Positions 1 through 9,366 of a stretch of 64,000 nt of DNA are shown one piece after another. The position numbers and the translations under genes are program-made. This DNA comes from Acidobacteriota bacterium (GTDB taxonomy: Bacteria; Acidobacteriota; UBA6911; RPQK01; JAJDTT01), in NCBI GenBank assembly GCA_965209055.1, contig OZ242374.1, positions 3,488,001 to 3,552,000 of the forward strand, read 5' to 3'. Under the pieces are notes generated by a model. The model saw only the letters and a list, made by a program, of their open reading frames with translations, did no database searches and had not been told where the DNA came from. The first letter of the stretch is position 1; each line of letters opens with the position of its first letter.

Positions 1-1
1 C

Positions 2-826
2 GGGTTCCTGCCGGCGTCCCATCAGGGCGTGGCGTTCCGAAACTCGGGCGATCCCCTGCCGTACCTGTCGACTCCCTCCACCGTCTCCTCCCGGCGCCGC
101 GCCAGCGAGATGGAACTCCTGGCCCGGATGAATCGGGAACACTTGGAAATCAATCCCGGAGACAGCGCCTTGGAGGCGCGGCTCCAGTCCTACGAGTTGG
201 CCGCCCGCATGCAGATGACCATCCCCGACATCGTGGATCTGGACACGGAGCGGCCGGAAACGCGGCGGCTCTACGGCCTGGACGAGGAGAAGACGAACAG
301 CTTCGGCCGGAATTGCCTGCTGGCTCGCCGGCTGCTGGAAAAAGGTGTCCGGGTCGTTCAAGTCTGGATCGGCGGCGCCTTCGGCCGGCCTCGCATCAAC
401 TGGGACGGGCACGAGGACATCAAGGAGAATCACACCGATCAGGCCGACACCATGGATCGTCCGTTGGCCGGACTCCTGAAAGACATGAAGGAGCGGGGCA
501 TGCTGGAGGACACCCTGGTGGTCTGGTCGACGGAGTTCGGCCGGACCCCGTTCACCGAAGGGCTGGGCGCCAAGGGCCGCGACCATCACCAGCTCGCCTT
601 CACCTGCTGGCTCGCGGGCGCCGGTGTCCGGAAGGGATTCAGCTACGGCGCTTCAGACGATGTGGGCTACGACGTGGCCCGGGACCCGGTCACCATCTAC
701 GATTTTCACGCCACCATCCTTCATCTGCTGGGGCTGGACCACAAGAAGCTCACCTTTTACCACAACGGCATTCAGCGCCGCCTCACCGACGTCCACGGCC
801 ACGTGGTGCGTGGTGTATTGGCGTAG
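2..826 (+). CDS. DUF1501 family (sulfatase-like) protein, 5' end outside the window
   Basis: Frame open from the window start (GFLPASHQGVAFR); motifs SYELAARMQ, GVRVVQ, WDGH, EFGRTP, GRDH, DFHATILHLLGLDH; paralog of 15716-17188. Confidence 0.9.
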   Translation, partial: GFLPASHQGVAFRNSGDPLPYLSTPSTVSSRRRASEMELLARMNREHLEINPGDSALEARLQSYELAARMQMTIPDIVDLDTERPETRRLYGLDEEKTNSFGRNCLLARRLLEKGVRVVQVWIGGAFGRPRINWDGHEDIKENHTDQADTMDRPLAGLLKDMKERGMLEDTLVVWSTEFGRTPFTEGLGAKGRDHHQLAFTCWLAGAGVRKGFSYGASDDVGYDVARDPVTIYDFHATILHLLGLDHKKLTFYHNGIQRRLTDVHGHVVRGVLA

Positions 827-883
827 GGTCGAGTCGTCACCGCATAATTCCAGGATGTTCAGCTCCGCCATCCGGGACCCGGA

Positions 884-928
884 CTAAACCTGGGATTCCC
901 GCGCAATGCCGAGGAACGGACCGTCCAT
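884..928 (-). CDS. possible 14-aa mini-ORF (MDGPFLGIARESQV) or paralog remnant
   Basis: AGGAGGAGC directly before ATG; 13-nt exact match (914-926 vs 1239-1251) to the KDGPF segment of the 1092-1862 gene. Confidence 0.3.
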   Translation of the reverse strand: MDGPFLGIARESQV

Positions 929-951
929 GCTCCTCCTGTGAAATACGAAAC

Positions 952-1059
952 TCAGTGAACACGAACCCGAGCCAGAACTTCCGTTCGGAACACAACCATC
1001 CTGTTTCTGGTGTCCGTGGAGCCTTCACCGCCAACGTACTGGATAAGGATGGACTTCAT
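952..1059 (-). CDS. 35-aa micro-ORF MKSILIQYVGGEGSTDTRNRMVVFRTEVLARVRVH, homologous to the C-terminus of the upstream gene
   Basis: AAGGAGG 8 nt before ATG; gapless alignment to the last 32 aa of 1092-1862 (15 identities, same stop position), many synonymous differences; below the ORF-track size cutoff. Confidence 0.65.
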   Translation of the reverse strand: MKSILIQYVGGEGSTDTRNRMVVFRTEVLARVRVH

Positions 1060-1091
1060 GTCTTGTTCCTCCTTCAAATCCCTCGCTTGAC

Positions 1092-1862
1092 TCACTGGAA
1101 CCTCACCCGGATCTGAAACTCCTGTCGAAACACCACTATCTGACTGGCAGACCCGGAGGTCCCCTCACCGCCGACGTACTGGACCACCAACCGGCCCGAG
1201 GTGGGGCCTCCGTCGTAGGCGTGGCGCATCTGGACCATGAACGGACCGTCCTTGGCGTACTCGGCTCCCCCGGCTGACTTCTCGGCCCAATAGGCCAAGT
1301 GCGTTCCAAGGGCCTTGCCCCCGGACCTCAGCATCTCGAAGCCCACAACTTTATCGTGGATCGCCCACTGGAGAAGCCTGCCGTGTTTCCAGGGGCCCAT
1401 CGCGAACATCTGCTGGGCGAACTGTACAACCCGTACGGCGATCAGGCCGTTCGCAGCGTCGAACCCCAGGCTCCGGTCGCCCTGGCTCATGTTCGTGAAG
1501 ATGTTTCCGAGCATGAAGAGCTGGAGCGTGTACTGGCCAAAGAACTCCGCATCACAGTATTTGTTGCCATCAACATCCGTCTCCAGCGTATAACCAGCGT
1601 TGCATGACTCGCATTGGCCATCACTGCCCAGTGTCCCATTTTCACAAGTACCCTCACGGCCAGATTCGGCATCCATGTTTCCGTTCAGCGAGTCAACCGA
1701 CCTCACGACGGCGACGGTCTGCCAGTACATCGGGTCGTTCCCGATCACGTCAACGGCAATCGGGTCCGGGAACCTCAGTTGCGCCTCATCATAAGTTTGA
1801 CCGAACCCCAACACCCCGAACGCGAGAAACGCCGCCAAGAAAACACGACACGAAAACTTCAT
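1092..1862 (-). CDS. secreted hypothetical protein with Cys-rich internal module
   Basis: AGGAGG SD, signal peptide MKFSCRVFLAAFLAFGVLGFG-Q; CENG...CESCNAGY...YC segment. Confidence 0.8.
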   Translation of the reverse strand: MKFSCRVFLAAFLAFGVLGFGQTYDEAQLRFPDPIAVDVIGNDPMYWQTVAVVRSVDSLNGNMDAESGREGTCENGTLGSDGQCESCNAGYTLETDVDGNKYCDAEFFGQYTLQLFMLGNIFTNMSQGDRSLGFDAANGLIAVRVVQFAQQMFAMGPWKHGRLLQWAIHDKVVGFEMLRSGGKALGTHLAYWAEKSAGGAEYAKDGPFMVQMRHAYDGGPTSGRLVVQYVGGEGTSGSASQIVVFRQEFQIRVRFQ

Positions 1863-1977
1863 GACACCCTCCTACTTCAACCTTGAGGTCCTTGCTTTTT
1901 CTCTCTAACGTGCGGGTGTTCAGATCTGTGAGACCTGGCTGACGGGAAGGCAACGATGGTGGTTGGAGTTCAGGTGG

Positions 1978-3750
1978 CTACGCCGTTCGCACCTGCCAGT
2001 GCCGTGACGTGTCCTGAGCCGTCCAGAGACGTTCGTAGAGGCCTGCGGCGTGGATCAGCCGCGAGTGGGTTCCCGTCTCCACGACCCGTCCCTCCTGGAG
2101 CACCACGATCCGGTCGGCGTTGCGGACGGTAAAGAGGCGGTGAGCGATGACCAGGACTGTCCGGTCCCGGGTCAGGCGGGTGATGGCTTCCCGGATCTCC
2201 AACTCCGACTCGGTGTCCACGCTTGAGGTGGCTTCGTCCAGGATCAGGACGGGCGCGTCTTTGAGGAGGGCGCGGGCGATGGAGATCCGCTGTTTCTCGC
2301 CTCCCGAGAGGCGCGCTCCCCTCTCCCCGACCATGGTGTCGTAGCCCTGGGGCAGGGATAGGATGAATTCCTCGGCGTTGGCGGCTCGGGCGGCGTCACG
2401 GATTTCGGCCTCGGTGGCGTCGGGGTTTCCCACCAGGATGTTCTCCCGGATGGTGGCGTGGAAGAGATACACGTCCTGCATGACGTGGGCCACACTCCGG
2501 CGCAACGGTTCCAGCGCCAGATTCCGGACGTCGATCCCGCCGACCTTCACCGCTCCGAACTGCGGTTCGTAGAACCTGGGGACCAGGTTGCAGGAGGTCG
2601 TCTTGCCGGCGCCGGTGGGGCCGACCAGGGCCAGGACTTCGCCCGCTTCGGCCCGGAAACTCACCTCCCGAAGGACGGGAATCTCCGGCGCGTAGCCGAA
2701 GGTGACCCGGTCCAGCTCCACCGACCAGCGGAGGTCGCCGGGAATGGCGGCCAGGCCGGCCGCCCGCGATTCCACCGGCAGTTCCAGTAGCTCGAAGACT
2801 CGCCGCGCCGAGGCGGCCGCTTTCTGGATGACGTCGTTCAGGTTGGCCAGCCGCAACAGGGGCTGGAAGATCTGTCCCAGGTAGAGGACAAAGACCACCA
2901 GATCGGCCAGGGCCACGTCTCCTCCCAAGGCCAGGCGTCCCCCCGCGGCGACGACCAGGAGGTAGGCCAGGCCACCGGCGAATTCGACCACGCCTGCCGG
3001 GATCAGAGACCAGCGATTGGCCCTCACGATGCTGTCGCGATAACGGGCGCTGGCCTGCCGGACCCGCCGCAGCTCGGAATCTTCCCGGACGAAGGACTTG
3101 ATGACCGTGTGGCCGCCGATCCGGTCCAGGATCTCGGCCACCAGGTCGGCGCGGCGGCCCCGGGTTTTCCTCCAGGCTCGACTGGTCCGCCCCGCGAGCC
3201 GGTACACCAGCCAGGCGACCAACGGCAAGGGCAGCGTGACGATGAGGGCCAGCTCGAAGTGAATGTTGAAGAGGATCAGGAGCATGGCTGCCGGCATCAC
3301 CGCCGCCAGGAAGATCTCCGGCACCCCGTGGGCCAGAAAGTCCTCGATGACCTCCACGTCGTTGACGGTCCGGGACATGAGTGAGCCGCTGCGGCGATGC
3401 GTGTAGGCTCCGGGCGGGAGGGCCTGAACCCGGGCGTAGGTGCGGCCCAGGAGGTTGTGCAGCGTGCGGTAGGCGGCCACGTGGGAGAAGACACCGTAGC
3501 CGTAACGGAAGACCCCCCGCAGGAGAAAGAGTCCGGCCAGAGCAAGGGCCATCCAGATCAGCGTGGACCCGGAAAGACCCCCCTCCTGAAGCAACTGGAT
3601 CAGCCGTCTCAATACCAGCGGAGGGAAGAGTCCGACCACCGAGAAGAGGAGGCCGCACAGGAGGGACAGGGCCAGCAGTCTCCGGCTCTCCACTGCCAGA
3701 TGGAACAGCCGGACCATGAGGGTTCGAGTCGAGTTGCCGCTCCGGTCCAT
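1978..3750 (-). CDS. ABC transporter, fused permease + ATPase (MsbA-like half transporter)
   Basis: N-terminal TM helices; [24 protein letters not shown]; start taken at MDRSG. Confidence 0.92.
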   Translation of the reverse strand: MDRSGNSTRTLMVRLFHLAVESRRLLALSLLCGLLFSVVGLFPPLVLRRLIQLLQEGGLSGSTLIWMALALAGLFLLRGVFRYGYGVFSHVAAYRTLHNLLGRTYARVQALPPGAYTHRRSGSLMSRTVNDVEVIEDFLAHGVPEIFLAAVMPAAMLLILFNIHFELALIVTLPLPLVAWLVYRLAGRTSRAWRKTRGRRADLVAEILDRIGGHTVIKSFVREDSELRRVRQASARYRDSIVRANRWSLIPAGVVEFAGGLAYLLVVAAGGRLALGGDVALADLVVFVLYLGQIFQPLLRLANLNDVIQKAAASARRVFELLELPVESRAAGLAAIPGDLRWSVELDRVTFGYAPEIPVLREVSFRAEAGEVLALVGPTGAGKTTSCNLVPRFYEPQFGAVKVGGIDVRNLALEPLRRSVAHVMQDVYLFHATIRENILVGNPDATEAEIRDAARAANAEEFILSLPQGYDTMVGERGARLSGGEKQRISIARALLKDAPVLILDEATSSVDTESELEIREAITRLTRDRTVLVIAHRLFTVRNADRIVVLQEGRVVETGTHSRLIHAAGLYERLWTAQDTSRHWQVRTA

Positions 3751-3787
3751 CCGTGTCCCCGTTGCCACGTCCGGACCCACAGGAAGG

Positions 3788-5008
3788 CTACTCGTAGTGG
3801 AGCGCTTCGATGGGGTCCAGTTGTGCTGCCTTGTGGGCCGGATAATATCCGAAAAAGACCCCGATGGCAGCCGAGAAGAAGATGGAGACCGCGATGGCGT
3901 TGGGGGAGATCTGGGTCGGCCATCCCATGCCCTGGGAGACGAGGAAGGATCCACCGATCCCCATTCCAAGGCCGATCAAGCCGCCCAACAGGCAGAGCAC
4001 GATGGATTCGGACAGGAACTGGACTCTCACGTGTCCGGGCCGGGCTCCGATGGCCATGCGAATGCCGATCTCCCGGGTCCGTTCGGTCACCGAGACCAGC
4101 ATGATGTTCATGATGCCGATGCCCCCCACCAGGAGGGAGACGGCGGCGATGCTGGCCAACAGGCTGGTCATGACCCGGTTGGTGGCTTCGGCCGCTTCCG
4201 CGAACTCGCTCAGATTCCGAACCCGGAAATCGTCGGCCTGATCCCGACCCAGATTGTGGCGCTGGCGCAGGAGCGCGCTGATCTGCTCCTGGGCCGCGAA
4301 GCTCGCGCGGGCGCTCACGGCGGAGATCAGGCCGGACTGGACGTAGAGGACCCCTCCCTGGAACTTCTTCTGGACCGTGGTGTAGGGAACGATGATGGTG
4401 TCGTCCTGATCCCGTCCCCAGTTGTTGGCGCCCTTCTTCTTGAGGACTCCCAGCACCTGGAACGGGAGGTTCTTGACCCGGATCGTCTGGCCCACCGGGT
4501 CGCCTCCGCCGAAGAGCTCGTCCACGACGGTCTGGCCCAGGACGGCGACTCGAGCTGCCGTCTTCACGTGACTCTCTTCAAAGAATTCACCTTGGGTGAG
4601 GGGCCAGTTGCGCAGCAGCTGGTATTGCTCGTTGTACCCTTCGATGCGAGTGTTCCAGTTCTGGTTGCCGAACACGACCTGGGCCATGGTGGAAGCGCTG
4701 GGGCTCACGGCCTGTACCGTGGGAACCTCTTGAAGGATAGCCTCGAAGTCGGCGGCGGTGAGGGTGTTTTGAGTTCCCGATCCGCTCCGGATTCCCCACG
4801 ACCGGCGGCTGCCGGCCCGGATCCAGAGGGTATTGGTCCCCATGGCGGCGATCTCCTCCTGCACCTGCCGCTGGGCCCCCTGACCCAGGCTGACCATGGT
4901 GATGACGGCGGCGACGCCGATGATGATCCCCAGCATGGTGAGAATGGAGCGGATCATGTTCCGGCCCAAGGACTTGAGGGAGATTTTCAAGATCATCCAG
5001 AAACCCAT
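3788..5008 (-). CDS. macB: MacB-type ABC permease
   Basis: RSILTMLGIIIGVAAVI; GGIGIMNIMLVSVTERTREIGIRMAIGA; PAHKAAQLDPIEALHYE. Confidence 0.92.
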   Translation of the reverse strand: MGFWMILKISLKSLGRNMIRSILTMLGIIIGVAAVITMVSLGQGAQRQVQEEIAAMGTNTLWIRAGSRRSWGIRSGSGTQNTLTAADFEAILQEVPTVQAVSPSASTMAQVVFGNQNWNTRIEGYNEQYQLLRNWPLTQGEFFEESHVKTAARVAVLGQTVVDELFGGGDPVGQTIRVKNLPFQVLGVLKKKGANNWGRDQDDTIIVPYTTVQKKFQGGVLYVQSGLISAVSARASFAAQEQISALLRQRHNLGRDQADDFRVRNLSEFAEAAEATNRVMTSLLASIAAVSLLVGGIGIMNIMLVSVTERTREIGIRMAIGARPGHVRVQFLSESIVLCLLGGLIGLGMGIGGSFLVSQGMGWPTQISPNAIAVSIFFSAAIGVFFGYYPAHKAAQLDPIEALHYE

Positions 5009-5022
5009 GGCGATTCTCCCGA

Positions 5023-5766
5023 CTAGTGAAATTTGTCGCTGACGATAAGACCGTCCCGCAGTTGGATCGTGCGCTTGGCGTGAGCCGCGATGGACGCCTC
5101 GTGGGTCACCATGATCAGCGTGATGCCCTGATCCCGGTTCAGATCCACGAGAAAGCGCATGATCTCTTCCGACGTCGCCGAGTCCAGGTTGCCGGTGGGT
5201 TCGTCGGCCAGCAGGATGGCCGGCCGGTTGACCAGGGCCCGGGCCACGGCGACCCGCTGCTGCTGACCGCCCGACAGTTGATTGGGCATGACCTGGGCCT
5301 TCTCCGGGATGCCCACCACTTCCAACGCCTCCTCGATCCTGCGGGCCCGCTCCTGGCGGGGAACGCCGGCGTAGAGCATGGGCGCTTCCACGTTCTCCCA
5401 GATGGAGGTCCGGGGCAGCAGGTTGAAGCTCTGGAAGATGAATCCGATCTTCTGGTTCCGGATGTCCGCCCGCTGGGACGCCGAGAAGGTGGAGACGTCG
5501 ATCCCGTCCAACCGATACTGTCCGCGGGTCGGCCGGTCCAGGCATCCCAACAGGTTCAGCAAGGTCGATTTGCCTGAACCCGAGGCTCCCATGACGGCCA
5601 CGAACTCGCCCGAGACGACCTCCACGGAGACTCCCCTCAGGGCTTCGACCTGGACCTCTCCCAGGTCGTAGATTTTCCAAACGGCTTCAAGAGAAAGGAG
5701 ACTGTCCCCGCCCGGCGGCGCGGAGTCGCGGAGATTCTGCTGCGCTGCGGCCACTTGAACCATCAA
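5023..5766 (-). CDS. MacB/LolD-type ABC ATP-binding protein
   Basis: GASGSGKST, LSGGQQQRVAVARAL, LADEPTGNLD. Confidence 0.93.
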   Translation of the reverse strand: MMVQVAAAQQNLRDSAPPGGDSLLSLEAVWKIYDLGEVQVEALRGVSVEVVSGEFVAVMGASGSGKSTLLNLLGCLDRPTRGQYRLDGIDVSTFSASQRADIRNQKIGFIFQSFNLLPRTSIWENVEAPMLYAGVPRQERARRIEEALEVVGIPEKAQVMPNQLSGGQQQRVAVARALVNRPAILLADEPTGNLDSATSEEIMRFLVDLNRDQGITLIMVTHEASIAAHAKRTIQLRDGLIVSDKFH

Positions 5767-7502
5767 CGGCCTCGACTGCCGGTGCCGCCGCCTCGGCCAC
5801 CGGTCCCACCCCCTCGGGCGCCGCTCCGGTTGCTCGAGCTCCGGTTCCGGCGCGGCCCGAAGGCTCCGCTGAAGGGAGAAGTGCTGCCGCGCTGGACCTG
5901 GCCCGATTCGTCCAGCTTCCAGGTGATGATCTTCTCGTCTTCCTCCAGGTCACTGCGCAATATGGCCGTCTCCCTTCCGTCGGTGATCCCCAGGAGAACG
6001 CGGCGCGGCTGGGGCTCGGCGTTTTCGTCCAGCACCCAGAGCAGACCGGGCCGGGGACGGGTCCGCTCGGCGCGGGGAAACCGGATCTTGGGTCCGGGAC
6101 GGATGCCGTACTGTTCGATGGTGGAGATTCCAATCTCGGCATGGGAGATCTCGTCTCCGCCCCGGCGCGGTCCCCGCCGTTGCCCTCCGGGGCCCCGGCC
6201 TCGTCCGCCCCACGCCGGACGGCCGCCTCCGCCGTCAGCGTCGGCCAAGGCGGCCCGGTCGGCTCCCGGTCCTCGGCCGGGGCCGGCCATGGCGGTGCCG
6301 GGCCCGCCTCCCGAAGGCCGCCGTCCGCCGCCTCGCATCAACGCTCGAATCTCTTCCGGAGATATTCCCTCGGGCCGGAAACGAAGCGCCGAGTTGGCCA
6401 CTTTCAGCACGTCCGCTTCCTGAGCGACCACGAAGTTGACGGTGGCCGTCATGGAGGGCCGCAGCTTCAATTGCGTGTTCTCCACGTCGATGATGACGTT
6501 GTAGACCACCACGTTGGTGGCGCCGCCGCCGCTCTGCGCTCCGCCGGCCGATTCGGTGTTGGGGAGCTTGGAGCTCAAGCGGATCTCGGTAATCTTGCCC
6601 TCGAAGCTCTGTCCCGGAAACGCGTCCACGGCAAAATCGACCTGGGCCATTTCCGAGATGGCGCCGATGTCCGCTTCGTCAATCTGGGCGATGACCTGCA
6701 TCTTCGCCAAGTCGTTGGCGATCAGAAAAAGGACCGGCGCCTGGAAGCTGGCAGCGACGGTCTGGCCGATGTCCACGTTGCGCTCGATGACGACGCCGTC
6801 GATGGGAGAGGTGATGTTGGTGTAGTGCAGGTCGACCTGCGCCATCGTGAGGCTGGCCTTGGCTTGCTGCACGTTGGCGGCGGCTTGATCGTTCTGGGCG
6901 TGGGCCGAACGGATGGAGGCTTCCACTTGGCTGACCTGGGCGTGGTTCTGGCTCAGGCGCGCCTTGGCCTGGTCGAAGGCGGCCTGGGCGTTCTCCAGAT
7001 CGCGGTCCGAGATCACCTCGGCTTCGTAGAGCTCGCGGCTCCGTTTCAGCTCCCGCTCGGCTTCCTGTAGATTGACCTCGCCCACCTCCACGTTGGCCCG
7101 GGCGCTCTCCAATTCGGCCTCCCGGTTGATGAGGTTGGCCGCGGCGCTCTTGACGGCCGCTTCGGCGGTGGCCAGAGAGGCCTTGGCCCGCTCCATCTGG
7201 GCCTCGAAATTGGCCGGGTCGATGATGGCCAGGGTCTGGCCCTTCTTGACCACGCTGTTGAAGTCGGCATGGAGCTCCTGGATCCGTCCCGAGACCTGAC
7301 TTCCCACCTGCACCGTCACCACGGCCTGCAGCAGACCGGTGGAGCTGACGGTTCGCCTCACGTCTCCGCGGCTCACCGGGACGGTCAGGTAGTCTTCGCC
7401 CGGCTGGCTGTCGGAGGGGCCCAGGTAGAGATAGCCGGCCGCGGAAACGGCCAGGACCAGGATGATGGTGACGACGGTGCGGAGGGTGCGCTTTTTTCTC
7501 AC
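5763..7502 (-). CDS. macA: MacA-like periplasmic adaptor (HlyD/RND MFP family) with Gly/Arg-rich insertions
   Basis: VQVGSQVSGRI, coiled coil, ITSPIDGVV, GQTVAASFQAPVLF, IDEADIG; operon with ATPase and permease. Confidence 0.9.
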   Translation of the reverse strand: MRKKRTLRTVVTIILVLAVSAAGYLYLGPSDSQPGEDYLTVPVSRGDVRRTVSSTGLLQAVVTVQVGSQVSGRIQELHADFNSVVKKGQTLAIIDPANFEAQMERAKASLATAEAAVKSAAANLINREAELESARANVEVGEVNLQEAERELKRSRELYEAEVISDRDLENAQAAFDQAKARLSQNHAQVSQVEASIRSAHAQNDQAAANVQQAKASLTMAQVDLHYTNITSPIDGVVIERNVDIGQTVAASFQAPVLFLIANDLAKMQVIAQIDEADIGAISEMAQVDFAVDAFPGQSFEGKITEIRLSSKLPNTESAGGAQSGGGATNVVVYNVIIDVENTQLKLRPSMTATVNFVVAQEADVLKVANSALRFRPEGISPEEIRALMRGGGRRPSGGGPGTAMAGPGRGPGADRAALADADGGGGRPAWGGRGRGPGGQRRGPRRGGDEISHAEIGISTIEQYGIRPGPKIRFPRAERTRPRPGLLWVLDENAEPQPRRVLLGITDGRETAILRSDLEEDEKIITWKLDESGQVQRGSTSPFSGAFGPRRNRSSSNRSGARGGGTGGRGGGTGSRGR

Positions 7503-7569
7503 AAAATGATTATACGCCTGCCGATCTCACATGTTTCAACGAAAAATGAAGAGCTGCCGGAGAACCCGC

Positions 7570-9366
7570 TCAGCGCCCTTCGGAGGTCCCGGATCCGGAC
7601 TGGACAAGGGAGACTTCCACGTAGCGGACGCCCACCGGTTTGTCGCCCCTGTGAAGCACGGCCTGCAGGCGAGTTTCACCCTCATCCAGCAGGACCTGGT
7701 CAAACGTGACTTCGGATGTCTCCGGGTCGAAGGGTTGCATTCTTCGGACCTGTTGAAGCCTCAACTCGGCATTTCCACCACCGGATGCCGGACCGAAGAG
7801 GAACCGGATCCGATAGGCGCCCGCGCGATGGACCGTGATTTCCCAAAACCCCAGGTCGGTGTCTCCCCATCCGTCGGGACCCACCATGCGCCAGTCCTGG
7901 CGAGTGAGGATGACGGGGTCATCGTGGACCGTCCCCACCGCGATCCGGGGAGGAGCGTAGCCTCGAGAGGAGGAAACGTCCTGGAGCCAGTCCGCATAGG
8001 CGGAGCGAAGCCGCCCCACCACCTCGGGACGTCCGCCTGAAATATCCCGTTGTTCTCCCGGGTCGGCCTCCAGATCGTAGAGTTCCAGGGGATAGTCCTC
8101 GAATGTCTCGCCGGCGGGCAGACCGCGCGTGGCGAAGGCCACCGGCTGGACCAGCTTGTACCGCTGCTCGATGGCGGCGAAGTGGCGGAAGGGTTGGGGC
8201 TCGTTCCCCCGGTGGGACTGGATGAAGAGGGTCCGGTCGCCGGGATCCTGGCCGGCGCCGCCGAGCCGGGACATGAGGCTGACTCCGTCGAAGGCAACCC
8301 CGTCGGGAAACGCGATTCCGGCCGCCTCCAGCAGCGTGGGCATCAGGTCGATGTGGGCGGCGATGCGGCCGTCCGTGCCCGGCTCGAGCCGTCCCGGCCA
8401 GCGGAGCAGAAACGGCACCCGGATTCCCCCATCGTAGACGGTCCCCTTGAGTCCTCTGAGTCCGGCGGTGTACCGGCGCGTGGTGGCTCCGTTGTCGGTC
8501 ATGAAGATGAGGATCGTGTTTTTCTCCAGTTCCATCCGCTTCAGGCCGTCCAACAGACGGCCCACGTTGTCGTCGATGTTGGTGATCATGCCGTAGATGC
8601 GGGCATCCTTGTCCTCCAGTCCGGTCTCCAGGTAGGACTGGCGGTAGGGTTCGGGTACGTCGTAGGGGGAATGAGGCGCGTTGGTGGGGATGTAGACGAA
8701 GAAGGGGCTCTCCCGATTCTCCTCGATGAACTCCAGCGCCTCCCGGAAGAAGATGTCGGTGCAGTAGCCCGGGTACGGCTTGGCCTTCCCGTTGTGCTGC
8801 AGGATGGGGTCGAAATAGGAGGTTTCGGGCGGGTCGGAAGGCTGGCCGATGCCGCCGCCCTTGTGGACCACCGACTCCTGGAAGCCCTGGTCCATGGCCC
8901 GGAGTGGATAGTTGTCCCCCAGGTGCCACTTTCCGAAGATCCCGGTCCGGTAGCCCGCCTCCGAGAGAGTCTCGGCCAGGGTGACCTCGTCCGAGTGCAT
9001 CATGGCCCGTCCCACGTAGGTGTCCACCACGCCGGTCCGGTAGTTGTAGCGGCCGGTCATGAGGCTGGCCCGGGTGGGAGCGCAGACGGGAGAGACGTAG
9101 AACCGGGTCAGCTCCACGCTCTCGGTGGCCAGGCGGTCCAGGTGGGGCGTGCGGAGGACATCGTCCCCATGGCTTCCCAACTGGGCCCAGCCCTGGTCGT
9201 CGGTGATGACGAGAATGATGTTGGGCCGTTCCGCTTCCTGAGCCGGAGGCGGTGAACATCCGAGAATCCAACAGCACAACAGAAGCAGCAGCCCGGATCG
9301 GGTGCCGGCCCCGCGGGGGTGCCGGCCGGCTGTGGAGGCGAGTGGAGAATCAACTGTAGTGGACAT
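7570..9366 (-). CDS. arylsulfatase (formylglycine-dependent), probable lipoprotein
   Basis: PNIILVITDDQG, CAPTRASLMTGRY (CxPxR), GKWHLG; ILGC lipobox. Confidence 0.93.
   Translation of the reverse strand: MSTTVDSPLASTAGRHPRGAGTRSGLLLLLCCWILGCSPPPAQEAERPNIILVITDDQGWAQLGSHGDDVLRTPHLDRLATESVELTRFYVSPVCAPTRASLMTGRYNYRTGVVDTYVGRAMMHSDEVTLAETLSEAGYRTGIFGKWHLGDNYPLRAMDQGFQESVVHKGGGIGQPSDPPETSYFDPILQHNGKAKPYPGYCTDIFFREALEFIEENRESPFFVYIPTNAPHSPYDVPEPYRQSYLETGLEDKDARIYGMITNIDDNVGRLLDGLKRMELEKNTILIFMTDNGATTRRYTAGLRGLKGTVYDGGIRVPFLLRWPGRLEPGTDGRIAAHIDLMPTLLEAAGIAFPDGVAFDGVSLMSRLGGAGQDPGDRTLFIQSHRGNEPQPFRHFAAIEQRYKLVQPVAFATRGLPAGETFEDYPLELYDLEADPGEQRDISGGRPEVVGRLRSAYADWLQDVSSSRGYAPPRIAVGTVHDDPVILTRQDWRMVGPDGWGDTDLGFWEITVHRAGAYRIRFLFGPASGGGNAELRLQQVRRMQPFDPETSEVTFDQVLLDEGETRLQAVLHRGDKPVGVRYVEVSLVQSGSGTSEGR

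Noticed and set aside
830-1300. DGR template/variable repeat explanation for the duplicated C-terminus
   Set aside because: No reverse transcriptase in the window, and differences are not confined to adenines
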